A stretch of 64,000 nucleotides of DNA, taken from Octopus sinensis. Its lineage: Eukaryota. The stretch's first letter is position 1. Every line of letters starts with the position of its first letter. The stretch spans positions 124,001-188,000 of the forward strand of contig NW_021835954.1 of the NCBI RefSeq assembly GCF_006345805.1. Direction: 5' to 3'. The translations under genes were made by a program, and so were the position numbers. Positions 1-10,645 of the stretch are shown here, piece after piece. The notes beneath the pieces were generated by a model. The model was not told the origin of the DNA, did no database searches, and saw only the letters and a program-made list of their open reading frames with translations.

Positions 1-501
1 ATTTTGAAATATGATGTAATATTAAGTGCTTTCATAATATCTTCCCGGATGAAAAACAACTCACTATCGCTATCAATCGTTGGGTGAGTCCATTAACAGA
101 ACTAAAAAGAAATTTCTGATGATTTATTTGCCAGGGGTGATATTGCTGATACTATTTAATAGAATTTATTTCTTTGTCAATTTTTTTCATATGTAACATT
201 GGTTTTCAACAAATCTTTGCTGAAAACTCTATCATTAAGATGTCGTTTATCAACAACATGGCACGGTAGTGATTCGAACCCCAACCACAAAATATCCAGA
301 GTATGAACCGCTACAGTTCCACGTGATTGATAATCCGAGCGTTCCAATGTGAACTTGGAGTAACAACGACGGATCCTTCAGGTCTTACATAGATAGGATT
401 ATAGTTAATTCTAGAGATAAGTTTAGTTTTATCTGTCCACAATTTACCTATGTCTCCTATACGGATCACAAATTAGTGACGTGTAGGATGCATATAGATA
501 A

Positions 502-1690
502 GTTACAAAGACAGGGATCTGGTTACTGGAAGTTGAACAAATCCCTTTTGGCTTGCGAAACTTATCGGAGTCAGATTAATTAGTAATGAGGGCAATAACC
601 GGTGGTGGTGTGCCCTAAAACGAGCCTTAAAAATTGAGTCAATTAGATTTAGTAAACAGTTAAGTTTAGAACAGGCTAGAGTAGAAGGGAAGTTAGTTAA
701 GGATTCAGAAAAGGCGCTTAGAGTGGGCTCTGCACCCCAAGTTTTGGCGGCGAGATCGGTCTTGGACCGACACCTCAATTCCAAACACGAAGGATGCAGG
801 GTTCAGGCTAAAGTACGTGCATTGGGCCTCGAGGGTATCAACATTGCCGGGTGGGCTCGCTCGGTAGAAACCCAATGTGGCATTGAAGCTACGATAAGGT
901 CTTTGGTCGATGAAAATGGACAGGAGATCCAAGACAGGAAGAGATGTGTAAGGTCTTTTACGAGCACCTCACCGCGTTGTTCGGGAGCGACGGGGCGCTG
1001 GACCATGAGAGTGCCCCGCGGGACTTCCTAGTCCGTGGCCCGCGTATCTCGGCGCGTGAGGCTGGGCACTATGAAGGGCTGATCACAGCCGCGGGGGTTA
1101 TAAAAGATGCTTTCCGAGTGCCCCGTGGACAATTCGCCGGGATTGGATGGTCTACTGTACAAATTCTATAAAAGTATGCCAGACTTGTTCGGGGACATAC
1201 TGGCCGGTGTATACGCGAATTGGCAGCAGAATGGGAGAATTCCCAAATCTATGAACCGGGGAGTAGTAACACTGATCAGGAAGGACCCGAACAAGGGGGA
1301 TAACATTAATTATTTCCGGCTCATAACCCTGCTAAACACAGAGTTAAAGATTTTGGCCAAGGTGCTAGCTAAGAGAGTGAGGCTTGTCGTGCGCGACCTG
1401 GTGGGAGAGTCGCAGACATGCGCTATCCCAGGAAGGACGATATGCGACAACCTTCACCTCATTCGCTACACCTTAGATCGGGTTAGTAAAGTTCCTAGCA
1501 AGGGTGGAGCACTAGTGAATTTGGACCAGACTAAGGCATTCGATATGGTTGACCATCGGTATCTGGCGACGGTCCTTCGGGCGGTCAGACTGGGCCCAAC
1601 TTTCCGTAGCTGGATCCAAACTATGTATAGCGATATCGAATCCGTTGTCCGGATGAACGGTTTCTTCTCGAAAGATCTGAATATCTTTCA
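502..1690 (+). mobile_element. Degenerate L1/Tx1-clade LINE ORF2 fragment (end of APE endonuclease, linker, N-terminal RT)
   Basis: GSGYWKLNKSLL at ~515 (APE C-terminus), RWWCALKRALK, then SPGLDGL..FYK, RGVVTLIRK, LITLLNTELKILAKVLA, LDQTKAFDMVDH in ORF 1107-1697. Stops and frameshifts lie between segments. Confidence 0.85.
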
Positions 1691-2130
1691 CCAGTGAACG
1701 AAAAACTGCTACTCCTCCATCCCAGACTGGTCAACAGAAGAAGGCCAATCATTCTTCTTGACAATACTCGACCACATGTTTCACTAATGATGCTCCAGAA
1801 GTTGACAGAACTTGGCTACGAAGTTCTTCCCACCCAGCTTATGCCATAGACCTTTCTCCTACCGACTACCACTTTTTCAAGCACCTTGATGGTTTCCTGC
1901 GAGAGAAGGATTTCAAAATCAAATCGATGCTGAAAGTTCATTCAAAGGGTTCATCAGTTCCAGAACTCCAGATTCTTATGTTACTGGAATAAACAAACTT
2001 GTAACCCGTTGGCAAGAATGTGTTGATTGTAATGGTACTTATTTTGATGAATAAAACGTCCGCATTGTTGAAATATATTGTGATGAATTTCATATTTCAA
2101 AACGTTGCTTACTTTTTGCACAGCCTGATA
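1691..2130 (+). mobile_element. Mariner transposase 3' fragment (Hsmar1/cecropia-like) with right TIR
   Basis: Reads ...LLDNTRPHVS...LGYEVL(P)..DLSPTDYHFFKHLDGFL...GINKLVTRWQECVDCNGTYFDE* (stop 2052-2054, frameshifted). TIR-like aaacgttgcttactttttgcacagcctga followed by TA at 2129-2130. Confidence 0.85.
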
Positions 2131-3013
2131 GTTATTGTACCAATAATTGGCTGGAAATTAATGAGTTATAACCAAGCTCTTCCAGATTTAGTTCGCTAAT
2201 AATTTAGCCCCTTTAATGTTCAAAACCGTGTCAGGTGATTAGCAACTTCTTAGATAGCCGCATACATCCTGAGAGTCAATATTGTCGACTTAACCAACTC
2301 CTAGTCTATAAGTATTAGCCTAAACTGAAACTGATTTCATTCCACGATTGACCATAAGCATTCGCTATAACGTTGATAGTGGACTCACATTTAGAATGTA
2401 GAAACATCATCATACAACACGAAGGTCTTCTCAGGTTTATGAGACAAGAAAATGTTATGGCAAACTGTATTTTGATCGATTTCCGTGTGTGTAGCCTTTG
2501 GTAAAAGGCGCCTCTAATAAACTCTTCTGTAGATGAAATAAGAATTTTACAACATTTCGATATTTGTCTGCAACGCCGAAATCATACAACGAATATAGTT
2601 TTATTCGTTCACGAGTATATTTTTACTGATACAAATTTAGATACAATAAACATTTTTTTTGTTCTTCTTGTCTGGTGTGTAATGTAATTTCCACTCTATT
2701 CTTTCCTAATTCATGCCGCTCTATTTCATCAAAGCAACCAGCTTCCGTATCGCCACAGACTTAAAAATGATTCCCATTTATCGTTCTTATCAAGCTTCGT
2801 TAAGTCTATAATAACTTTCAAATTGAAAAATAAATTTACCAAAGACCTCGGCAGAATTATCATTTCTTACAGGAAAGTTTGATTTTTATCGATGGCAGTC
2901 GTTTAGCGCCAACTCAGCACTGATGGAGCAAACCTACGGATCAAGCCGTAACCATTAGTCTTTTCCCGCCTTTTTTTAGAACTGTATAACCGAGTAGGGT
3001 TTGGTATGAAGTA

Positions 3014-3580
3014 TTGGGTTGTCCGAAAAGTTCATGCCGATTTTTAAAAGAAAGCAAAAGGTCAATAAATACTTGCCATCGCATTTTTAATCAACCAAAT
3101 ATGAACCATTTTGTAGTACAATGCGTCTCCATCTTTCTTTTAACTTGAAAATACCCTCTTCCCAGAATTGAGGTGGTTTCATGGCAAAGAATTCATCAAG
3201 GTATCTTTTTACGTCATCCAAGGAATTGAAACTTTTACCATTAAGACTATGCTGCAGAGACCTGAATAAGTGGAAATCCGAAGGAGCAATATCTGGGGAA
3301 TAGGGAGGGTGGGGGTAACACATCCCAACCGAGCTGAAGCAATTTTTGTCTGGTTCCCAAAGCATCAAGTGCTGGAAATGAACTTTCTTATCTTCCACTT
3401 TAAAGGGTTACAAAATTAACACAGGTTCTAGGAACATAAACCTTCTTCCACGAAAAGATAGCTTAAACTGTGCTCTAAATGGAGGTGTAATCAAATCCTA
3501 TTTTATGGACTCAACCATGTTCTAAAATAAGTCGAAAGTTAAGCTACTATAAATCGGCACAAAATTTCCGGACAACCCAA
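3014..3580 (-). mobile_element. Internally deleted mariner with both TIRs and TA target duplication
   Basis: TA|ttgggttgtccgaaaagttcatgccg ... cggcacaaaatttccggacaacccaa|TA. Minus ORF 3087-3398 encodes HPPYSPDIAPSDFHLFRSL...WRRIVLQNGSYLVD*. Confidence 0.9.
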
Positions 3581-4290
3581 TATATTTAGCTCTTATTTCT
3601 TGCGTATAGTCTTCCTTCGCTGCATCATAAACTATTGACTAAAGTGGCAAACGTTGAAAAGTATCAAAATCTTTATCACTGTAATCATCAGGTTCAGTCA
3701 AAGGTTCCCTTAACCTTAAATACGAAGTTAATATGATTATTCCAAAGAATACGCCAGCTTTACTATGGTGCAGAAAGACTTTATCCTTTTGCCTTTCATC
3801 CATCCAGATGAGAAATTATTCTCCCTTGGACACACCGATAGTCTATTGCTGGCAACATTCATATTTCCAAACAGCAAATGTATCGAGCTTTTATGTACAA
3901 TAAGGTTTCAGCTGCAGATTTGAGCTCAGAACATTTGGCCAGATTGTGTAATCAATACTTATCCTCACAACTTCTCGTTTCGACTAATTAACAAGGTGAA
4001 TTGAGAACAAAAAAATAGCTTTGAGAGAGAGAGAGAAAAAAATCTATTGCTATCATTAGCGACAAGACCTGAATTATAGAAAAAAAGAAGAAAGAAGAAA
4101 TCTTTATTTAATGAATGTAATCAATTGGGAAAATATACATAAATTGGAATATCACAGGTTTCTTTCAAGCCAATCGTCAATATAATCAAATACTCCGTTG
4201 AAATCAGGTTGTGTTGAATGAGCAGCGCTAAGGAAGACTGACCGAGAGTTTCCTTTGATACAGCAAATATAAAGTTATCAACCTCAGAAA

Positions 4291-4675
4291 TCTCTCTCTA
4301 TATAAACGGCAGTTTGTCTGTGCGTTTTCTGTGTGTCTGTTTTCTCGTACCCTCACTCTGACCACGGCTTTCAACCGATTCTGATGAAACTTGACACACA
4401 CATAGCCCAATGTCATAATTCAAAACTAACGCAGCGAAAATTTTGAAAAGTTCCCTCAGTTCTGAAAAAAATCGGTAAATTCGACATGGGGTCGAGAATC
4501 GGAAACCCAAACCACAGACCGTCTAGGGGACGCAACTCCACCTTTTTTAACTCTCAAAAAAATTTACCATCATTTTTTTTCCCCATTTTTTTGCTATTTT
4601 TTGGCTATAACTCTCTAAAAATGCTTTATAGTTATTTCCCTTACAAACCTGAGCAACGCCGGGCGATACTGCTAG
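4291..4675 (+). mobile_element. Non-autonomous Helitron-like element
   Basis: A|TC(tctctctatataaa) 5' end. 3' GC hairpin cctgagcaacgccggg followed by CTAG|T; inserted between A and T. Confidence 0.75.
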
Positions 4676-5852
4676 TCATTAACTAAACAACAACACTTTT
4701 AATTAATTTTCTTGTTTATTTCCTTTCACAGACATGAGTGTTGTTGTTTTTTTTCCTCATGTCAACCTTGATGGAACAGACCTATGATCAGGGGCAGTCC
4801 AGCTATGACCATCTCGTCTTTTAAGAGTAACAATCTAGGGAAGGAGGCTCCGAATGGCCAATGAAACCCAAGAACTGCAGCTGAAAATTTCCTCAACTTA
4901 GCTTAGATCTGGGTAAGGAGGCTTTTGGGAGAATACTAACAGATGCCCGTGTTTGATAGTATCTTATTTCTATGACTTATTTGTTTCTCAACGGGAAGGC
5001 AAATGCTGATACATCTCGGCACCGGTATTATCCCAGATGCTGTCAGCGGTCATCGTGGAGCTGGAACAGAAACAACACAGCATCTCATCTGTCGCTCTAA
5101 CACAGAACTTCTTAACCTAAGGAGCAGTGGACATTGTGAAATCAGAAGGTAGACACAAGGGGAATCACTGGTTGTTTAGAAGGGCTGTGGTTTTTCTAAG
5201 AACAATACAGATAACAATAAAGATAAATTAAACATCTTTTTTTAATGTCCGTTAGTATTAGATTGAGAAGGACATTGTGTTAGCAATGAGCTGAAAACAT
5301 GGCTGCCAAGATCCAATGTGATTTCATCATAATAAGCTTTTGTTTTTATTTATTCCTATAATAATTTTGGATAGGGGACACAAGTACATGTAAATATCTT
5401 CTGAAATGAGGCTCACGCTAGGTCAGATATTATAAAAACAAATAAACCACTGCACAAAATTACTTTCAGTTTAATCTCTTATTATAAAAGGCAGATTTTA
5501 TCTGCCTCCCTTTGGGAGTTATACAAATCTACAATATAGGATTTCTTCAATTACAATTTACTTTGCATTTTTAAGAGTACAATGCATCGCGTCATACCAG
5601 GTCCAGTTTTTAAAATTTAAACTCCAGTTAAGCAAAATTTACAGAAAACTCACATTCTGGTGTGTGTGTCAAATGCTTTTCTTAGTCTGGTTTACAGCAC
5701 ACGCAAACGCACACACACAGTGGGCAACGAATAAAATGAAAGTAATTGACTTACTGTAGTGAGTGATTCTTTCACTCTGCGTCCCACTTCCTCTTTCCAC
5801 ACAGACACGCAAATATATAAATAAAATTGTAAGCTAACGTGCGTGTGTGTGA

Positions 5853-5888
<36 letters not shown>

Positions 5889-5978
5889 GTGTGACGGTGC
5901 GTGTGTGTGTGTGTGTGTGTGCGTGAGTGTGTGACAGGAAAGTTTTTTTAGACGAATATAACACCTATATCCAAGTAG

Positions 5979-6170
5979 CAGAAAGATAAGACAGTAAGGT
6001 GTGATTTGAGGGAGATTTGGCTGCTATTTCTACCATGTCTAGCTGCCATGTAGGGGTCTCCCTCATAGGCTCATACATACATATATACATAGATAAGACA
6101 GTAAGGTGTGATTTGGGGGAAATTTTGCTGCTATTTCTACCAGGTCTAGCTACCATGTAGAGGTCCCCCT
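5979..6170. repeat. Two diverged tandem copies of an ~85-bp interspersed repeat
   Basis: agataagacagtaaggtgtgatttg.gggaga/aatttt/ggctgctatttctacc occurs at ~5985 and ~6092. Confidence 0.6.
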
Positions 6171-6284
6171 CAATTCTTTTATTCTTCTGCTTTTTCCAGC
6201 CATTGCTCTGTGGCCATGCTAGGGCAATGCCTTGAAGAATTGTAGTTTAATGAATCAACTCCAGTTTTAGTTTTGTAAGCATTG

Positions 6285-6440
6285 TACTTATTCTATCTGT
6301 TTCCTTTGTCAAACCACTAGGTGACAGGGATGTAAACAAACCAACATTCGTTGTCAAGCAGTGGTGGAGGACAATCACAAGCACAGACACGCACACACAC
6401 ACGCATACATGCATACACATATACACACATACATACATAC
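6285..6440 (-). mobile_element. SINE fragment with (CA)n/(TACA)n
   Basis: Similar to 48890-49000 (tacttattctatc...gtaaacacaccagcatcggttgtcaagc...gacaaacacagacacac). Confidence 0.55.
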
Positions 6441-6467
6441 ATATATATATATGTGTGTTTATATATA

Positions 6468-6783
6468 TTGCAGCGTGGAAGGTGTTTGTAAGCCATTTAA
6501 GAAACACACAAAAACCGTTACATTCACTTCAACATTTAAATTTAATTTGCCAAAATATTTTGTCGCTTTGAGACCGCGACCTGTTCACTGACAAAAATAT
6601 CGTGCTACAGGTCGCGGTCTCAAAGCGACGAAAATATTTTGACAAATTAAATTTAAATGTTGAAGTGAATCTAACGGTTTTTGTGTGTTTCTTAAATGGC
6701 TTATAAACACCTTCAACGCTGCAACTGTTTTCGTTCCAGCACACAATCTCAGATCAAGTCACTTGCTATGCAAGTACATCTCT
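6468..6783. repeat. Tail-to-tail inverted dimer of repeat family C (arms 6468-6584 and 6607-6724, 22-nt spacer)
   Basis: ttgcagcgtggaagg...ccgcgacctgt is the reverse complement of acaggtcgcgg...ccttcaacgctgcaa, with few mismatches. The right copy extends to ~6783 and matches 43383-43555. Confidence 0.9.
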
Positions 6784-6796
6784 GTAACTATATATA

Positions 6797-6835
<39 letters not shown>

Positions 6836-6898
6836 TGGTAAAAACAGTAAGATAACAAAAGAAAGAAAGAGACCTCAATATTATGTAAATAGAGGAAA

Positions 6899-7292
6899 TC
6901 TTTATATATAAAAGTGAGGTTGTGTGTCTGTCTCCTACGATTTAGATTCCTAACTACTCCCACATTTTGCGGTGCAGTTTAACCAAAACCGGGTATCTTA
7001 TAGTCGTGATTCATATCGAGACCGTCTGGGTATTAGCGCGCGTCTACGATGAGTCTACGATTTAAAAAAAATTTACCATCAATTTTTCCCATTTTTAATC
7101 CATTTTTGACATATATAAGGGAAGTAACTCTCTAAAATTTATTATTAAATCTCAGAACGTAAAAAGCTACAGTAACACCCCTCCCCCTTTGTGGTTAGCC
7201 ATATTGAGATGGCTATTATACTTTACATCTCTAAAAATGCTTATATAATTATTTCCCTTACAAACCCGAGCAACGCCGGGCGATACTGCTAG
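6899..7292 (+). mobile_element. Non-autonomous Helitron-like element inserted in a family-B repeat remnant
   Basis: A|TCtttatatataaaa ... cccgagcaacgccggg-cgatactg-CTAG|T. The left flank (6850-6898) matches 9350-9398. Confidence 0.78.
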
Positions 7293-7669
7293 TAATGTTA
7301 TATTTTTTAAACTTAGAAAACGTGCGAAGGGGTAGTTTGTAAAATGCCATTCTATGATGAAAGGAATCACTGAGCAACAAAAAGTGGAGAACCACGGCTC
7401 AGACACCTCCGCATATCCACAGCTCTGGGCTGAGGCTTTACTTCGAAAGAACGACAGACAGTTGACCTCGGTAGGGCTTGAATCGGGTACCAGAACAAGC
7501 TCCTTATGAAATTCCATCTGGCGTTCAAACGAGTCAGCCAATGGGTCAAACAAAATATTTCTGTTACATACGACTATCATAAAAAAATACCGAACTACAC
7601 GGGTTTTCTTCCTGCTTCGAAACAGCTTCAGCCTCCCTCGCATGATATACCTTTTTGCTCTCCAATACT

Positions 7670-8130
7670 TTATTGCAATCAGCCATCTGTCTCCTCAGTT
7701 CGATTCTTTGTTAAGGATTGTTTTCCTCCATTACCAGCGTCGATCTGTCTGATCTAACTCGGGCACAGACCCATTTATATCTAAAATATGGAGGTCTGGG
7801 ATTCCGTTCGTTGCTTCGTTTTTTCTGTTTTCTCACTGGGTTCCCACAACTCAGCTTAACCACCTCTTGGCTTCAGCAACGAAAGAGGGCGCATTTTCAG
7901 ACTGGTCATCCGAGCGGAAGGAGAGCCAGAGATCACAAAATGGCATTGATGGTGAAGGAGGACGCTGATGTGCTCGCTGAAGATGCTGACCAATGTGACA
8001 GAGGTCGATTACTCCCAGACAGATCTCCAGGATCAGGAGCTTGGATTGATGCTTTTCTTTTATCATCGAGCACCTCATGTCTAAAGAATTGTGTATTTCT
8101 GTTGCTATCCGTTGATGTGATTATGAGCAG
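7670..8130 (+). mobile_element. Possible CRE/R2-like non-LTR retrotransposon RT C-terminal remnant
   Basis: With one frameshift it reads FDSLLR-DCFSSITSVDLSDLTRAQTHLYLKYGGLGFRS...DRGRLLPDRSPGSGAWIDAFLL. This resembles the FD..LR / QA.LP..GGLG.RS / SGAWL.A.P motifs of CRE-type RTs (recalled motif, not searched). Confidence 0.4.
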
Positions 8131-8381
8131 TGGAAGTGTGGTTCCTTCTGATTTGCAGCGGCAAAAAAATGGTCAGTTCATAAACTTTACAAACTTCAAT
8201 AAATTTATATACCTTGGGAAGAGGGGGTGTCTTGATATTCAAGGCAGGACCCATCTTTAAAATAATAGAAATCAGATCACCATGCTACATACAAACTTTC
8301 TGCAAATAAGACTGAGAGAGTAAAGAAATGGATTAAATCATATATATATATAAAATCATGCAACAAGGATATCCAGAGGTA

Positions 8382-8470
8382 ATGCAGTACGATCGTTTCA
8401 TGCAACTCCATTTAATTGAACAATGAAATCATTACATCAATTTAAAATGGAGAGCAATCTTCAGTTGCAC
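8382..8470 (-). ncRNA. Type I hammerhead ribozyme-like motif, family A (stem I first pair mismatched)
   Basis: Minus strand: gtgcaa-CTGAAGA-long stem II (tgc/gca, ctccattt/aaatggag, aattga/tcaatt)-GAAAC-GATC-GTA^ctgcat. Confidence 0.5.
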
Positions 8471-8750
8471 AAAGGCATAAAAATTAATTTAAATTAGAAC
8501 AGATGGACATATTAGTATAATTATACCTAATATGCACATATATATGCAACCATGCATGTACACGTATACACATCAACACAAACGCGCACGCGCACACACG
8601 CACACACACACATACGCGCAAAGTTATATTCAAATACACGTCTAAAAATACGCACATGCTATATGCTCACACACACTCGCCTGGAACACATTAGTATAAT
8701 TATACCTAATATGTCCATCTGTTCTAATTTATATTAAATTCTATTTCTCT

Positions 8751-8839
8751 GTGCAGCTGAAGATTGCTCTGCATTTTAAATTTATGTAACGATTCCATTG
8801 TTCAATTAAATGGAGTTGCATGAAACGATCGTACTGCAT
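8751..8839 (+). ncRNA. Type I hammerhead ribozyme-like motif, family A
   Basis: gtgcag-CTGAAGA(8757-8763)-stem II-GAAA(8822-8825)C-GATC-GTA^ctgcat. Stem I is 6 bp and helix III is the palindrome ACGATCGT. Predicted cut after 8833. Confidence 0.68.
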
Positions 8840-8989
8840 TACCTCTGGATATCCTTGTTGCTTATTTTGATTTTAATCACCTTACTTTGAAATTGTATGG
8901 AAAATACCGCACTAAATTCTGGTGCCTCAACTTAGGTACCATATTCATCTGAATCTAAATTTTTGCTGAACTCATCTACCATACCCAAA

Positions 8990-8990
<1 letters not shown>

Positions 8991-9067
<77 letters not shown>

Positions 9068-9127
9068 TAATAATAATAATAATAATAATAGTAATAATAA
9101 TAATATAATAATAATAATAATAATAAT
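8991..9127. repeat. Compound microsatellite (TA)n-(AAT)n
   Basis: Directly visible. Confidence 0.95.
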
Positions 9128-9195
9128 ATTAGGGAGTATATCCAAACTTACAGGGAAAAATTAGATTTAGGATTAAATCAAATTTCACAGTATAA

Positions 9196-9266
9196 ATATA
9201 AATTAAATTAGAGATAAAACTGTTTGAGTTGCCTAATAGTGGTTTTATCTCTAATTTAATTTATAT
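9196..9266. repeat. Perfect 25-bp inverted repeat, 21-nt spacer
   Basis: atataaattaaattagagataaaac / gttttatctctaatttaatttatat. Confidence 0.9.
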
Positions 9267-9273
9267 ACATATA

Positions 9274-9335
<62 letters not shown>

Positions 9336-9442
9336 TAATAGTAATGCTAAGACAACAAAAGGATGAAAGAGACCTCGATATTATGCAAACAGAGGAATTT
9401 ATTTATCTGTAATATAATATGTGACAATTATTCGGTTGCCAT

Positions 9443-9503
9443 AATAAAACTCCGAGTTTCGGATGTCGGGGCGGAAACCTGCCCCGGCATCTCTTCAGTT
9501 ATC
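9443..9503 (-). ncRNA. Type I hammerhead ribozyme-like motif, family B
   Basis: Minus strand: gataa-CTGAAGA-gatg/catc + cggggc/gccccg stem II-GAAAC-TCGGA-GTT^ttatt. Stem I is gataa/ttatt. Confidence 0.68.
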
Positions 9504-10149
9504 GAGGCAATCAAAATATGCAATGAAAATTATCGTTAAACAAAGGGAATTTTGCTCTGTAATTGACCGTTATTAAGACAAAAGAGCTATTAGAATTACC
9601 GTTAAATAAGGGGTAAAACCGAAGGGGAGGAAGTAAAAAGTAAAGGAGTAAAGATGCTCATAGCAATCGCGTATGCGCGCATGTGCATACATACACATGC
9701 GCACACGCATACCCACGTACATCTGCCCATATGCATATGCTCACTCGCATGAAACACACCCACATGCACACCCACACATACGCCAAAGATGAACATATAT
9801 ATATATATATGCAACCATGCATGTACACGTATACATATCCACACACACACACATGTGCACATTCCCATACGCGCACAGTTATATTCAAATGCACGTCTAA
9901 ACATACGCACATGCTATATGTTCACACACACACTCGCGTGGAACATATGTATGTACACCCACATATATATGCAACCTTACACGTGTACATATATACATAC
10001 CCGTATTTTAGACATGCATTTGAATATAACTGTGCGTGTGTGGGTATGTGCACGTGTGTGCGTGTGTGTGTGTGTGTGTGTGCGCGTGTGTGTGTGTGTG
10101 TGTGTGGATATACATATGTGTACATCGTGCGTGCGTGGGTGCGGGTATG

Positions 10150-10180
<31 letters not shown>

Positions 10181-10585
10181 ATATACATGTGTATGGTTGC
10201 ATATATATGTGGGTGTACATACATATGTTCCACGCGAGTGTGTGTGTGAACATATAGCATGTGCGTATGTTTAGACGTGCATTTGAATATAACTGTGCGC
10301 GTATGGGAATGTGCACATGTGTGTGTGTGTGGATATGTATACGTGTACATGCATGGTTGCATATATATATATATATGTGTGGGTGTGCATGTGGGTGTGT
10401 TTCATGCGAGTGAGCATATGCATATAGGCACAAGTACGTGGGTGTGCGTGCGCGCATGTGTATGTATGTACATGCGCGCATACGCGATTGCTATGAGCAT
10501 CTTTACTCCTTTACTTTTTACTTCCTCCCCTTCGGCTTTTTCCCTTTGCCTAACGGTCATTTTCATTGCATATTTTGGTTGCCTC

Positions 10586-10645
10586 GATAACTGAAGAGAT
10601 ACCGGTGCAGGTTTCTGCCCCGACATCCGAAACTCGGAGTTTATT
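10586..10645 (+). ncRNA. Type I hammerhead ribozyme-like motif, family B (1-nt deletion weakens stem I)
   Basis: gataa-CTGAAGA(10591-10597)-gataccggtgcaggtttctgccccgacatcc-GAAA(10629-10632)C-TCGGA-GTT-tatt. Confidence 0.5.

Larger units (their letters stand above)
8358..8862. repeat. Fold-back element, family A (arms ~8358-8512 and ~8707-8862)
   Basis: gcaacaaggatatccagaggtaatgcagtacgatcgtttcatgc... versus ...gcatgaaacgatcgtactgcattacctctggatatccttgttgc. The spacer is bounded by a 24-bp direct repeat attagtataattatacctaatatg. Confidence 0.9.

Noticed and set aside
255-325. Reverse-complement B-box (gtggattcgaaccc) suggesting a tRNA gene
   Set aside because: No cloverleaf can be folded. At most it is a decayed SINE head.
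3639-3765. Minus-strand frame ...KAGVFFGIIILTSYLRLREPLTEPDDYSDKDFDTFQRLPL* as a possible last MARVEL exon
   Set aside because: Only a weak acceptor and a short hydrophobic stretch, and no intervening exons were found. Not supportable without RNA data.
4975-5130. ETTQHLI resembling a LINE CCHC knuckle
   Set aside because: The Cys residues fall in different frames and there is no flanking RT similarity.
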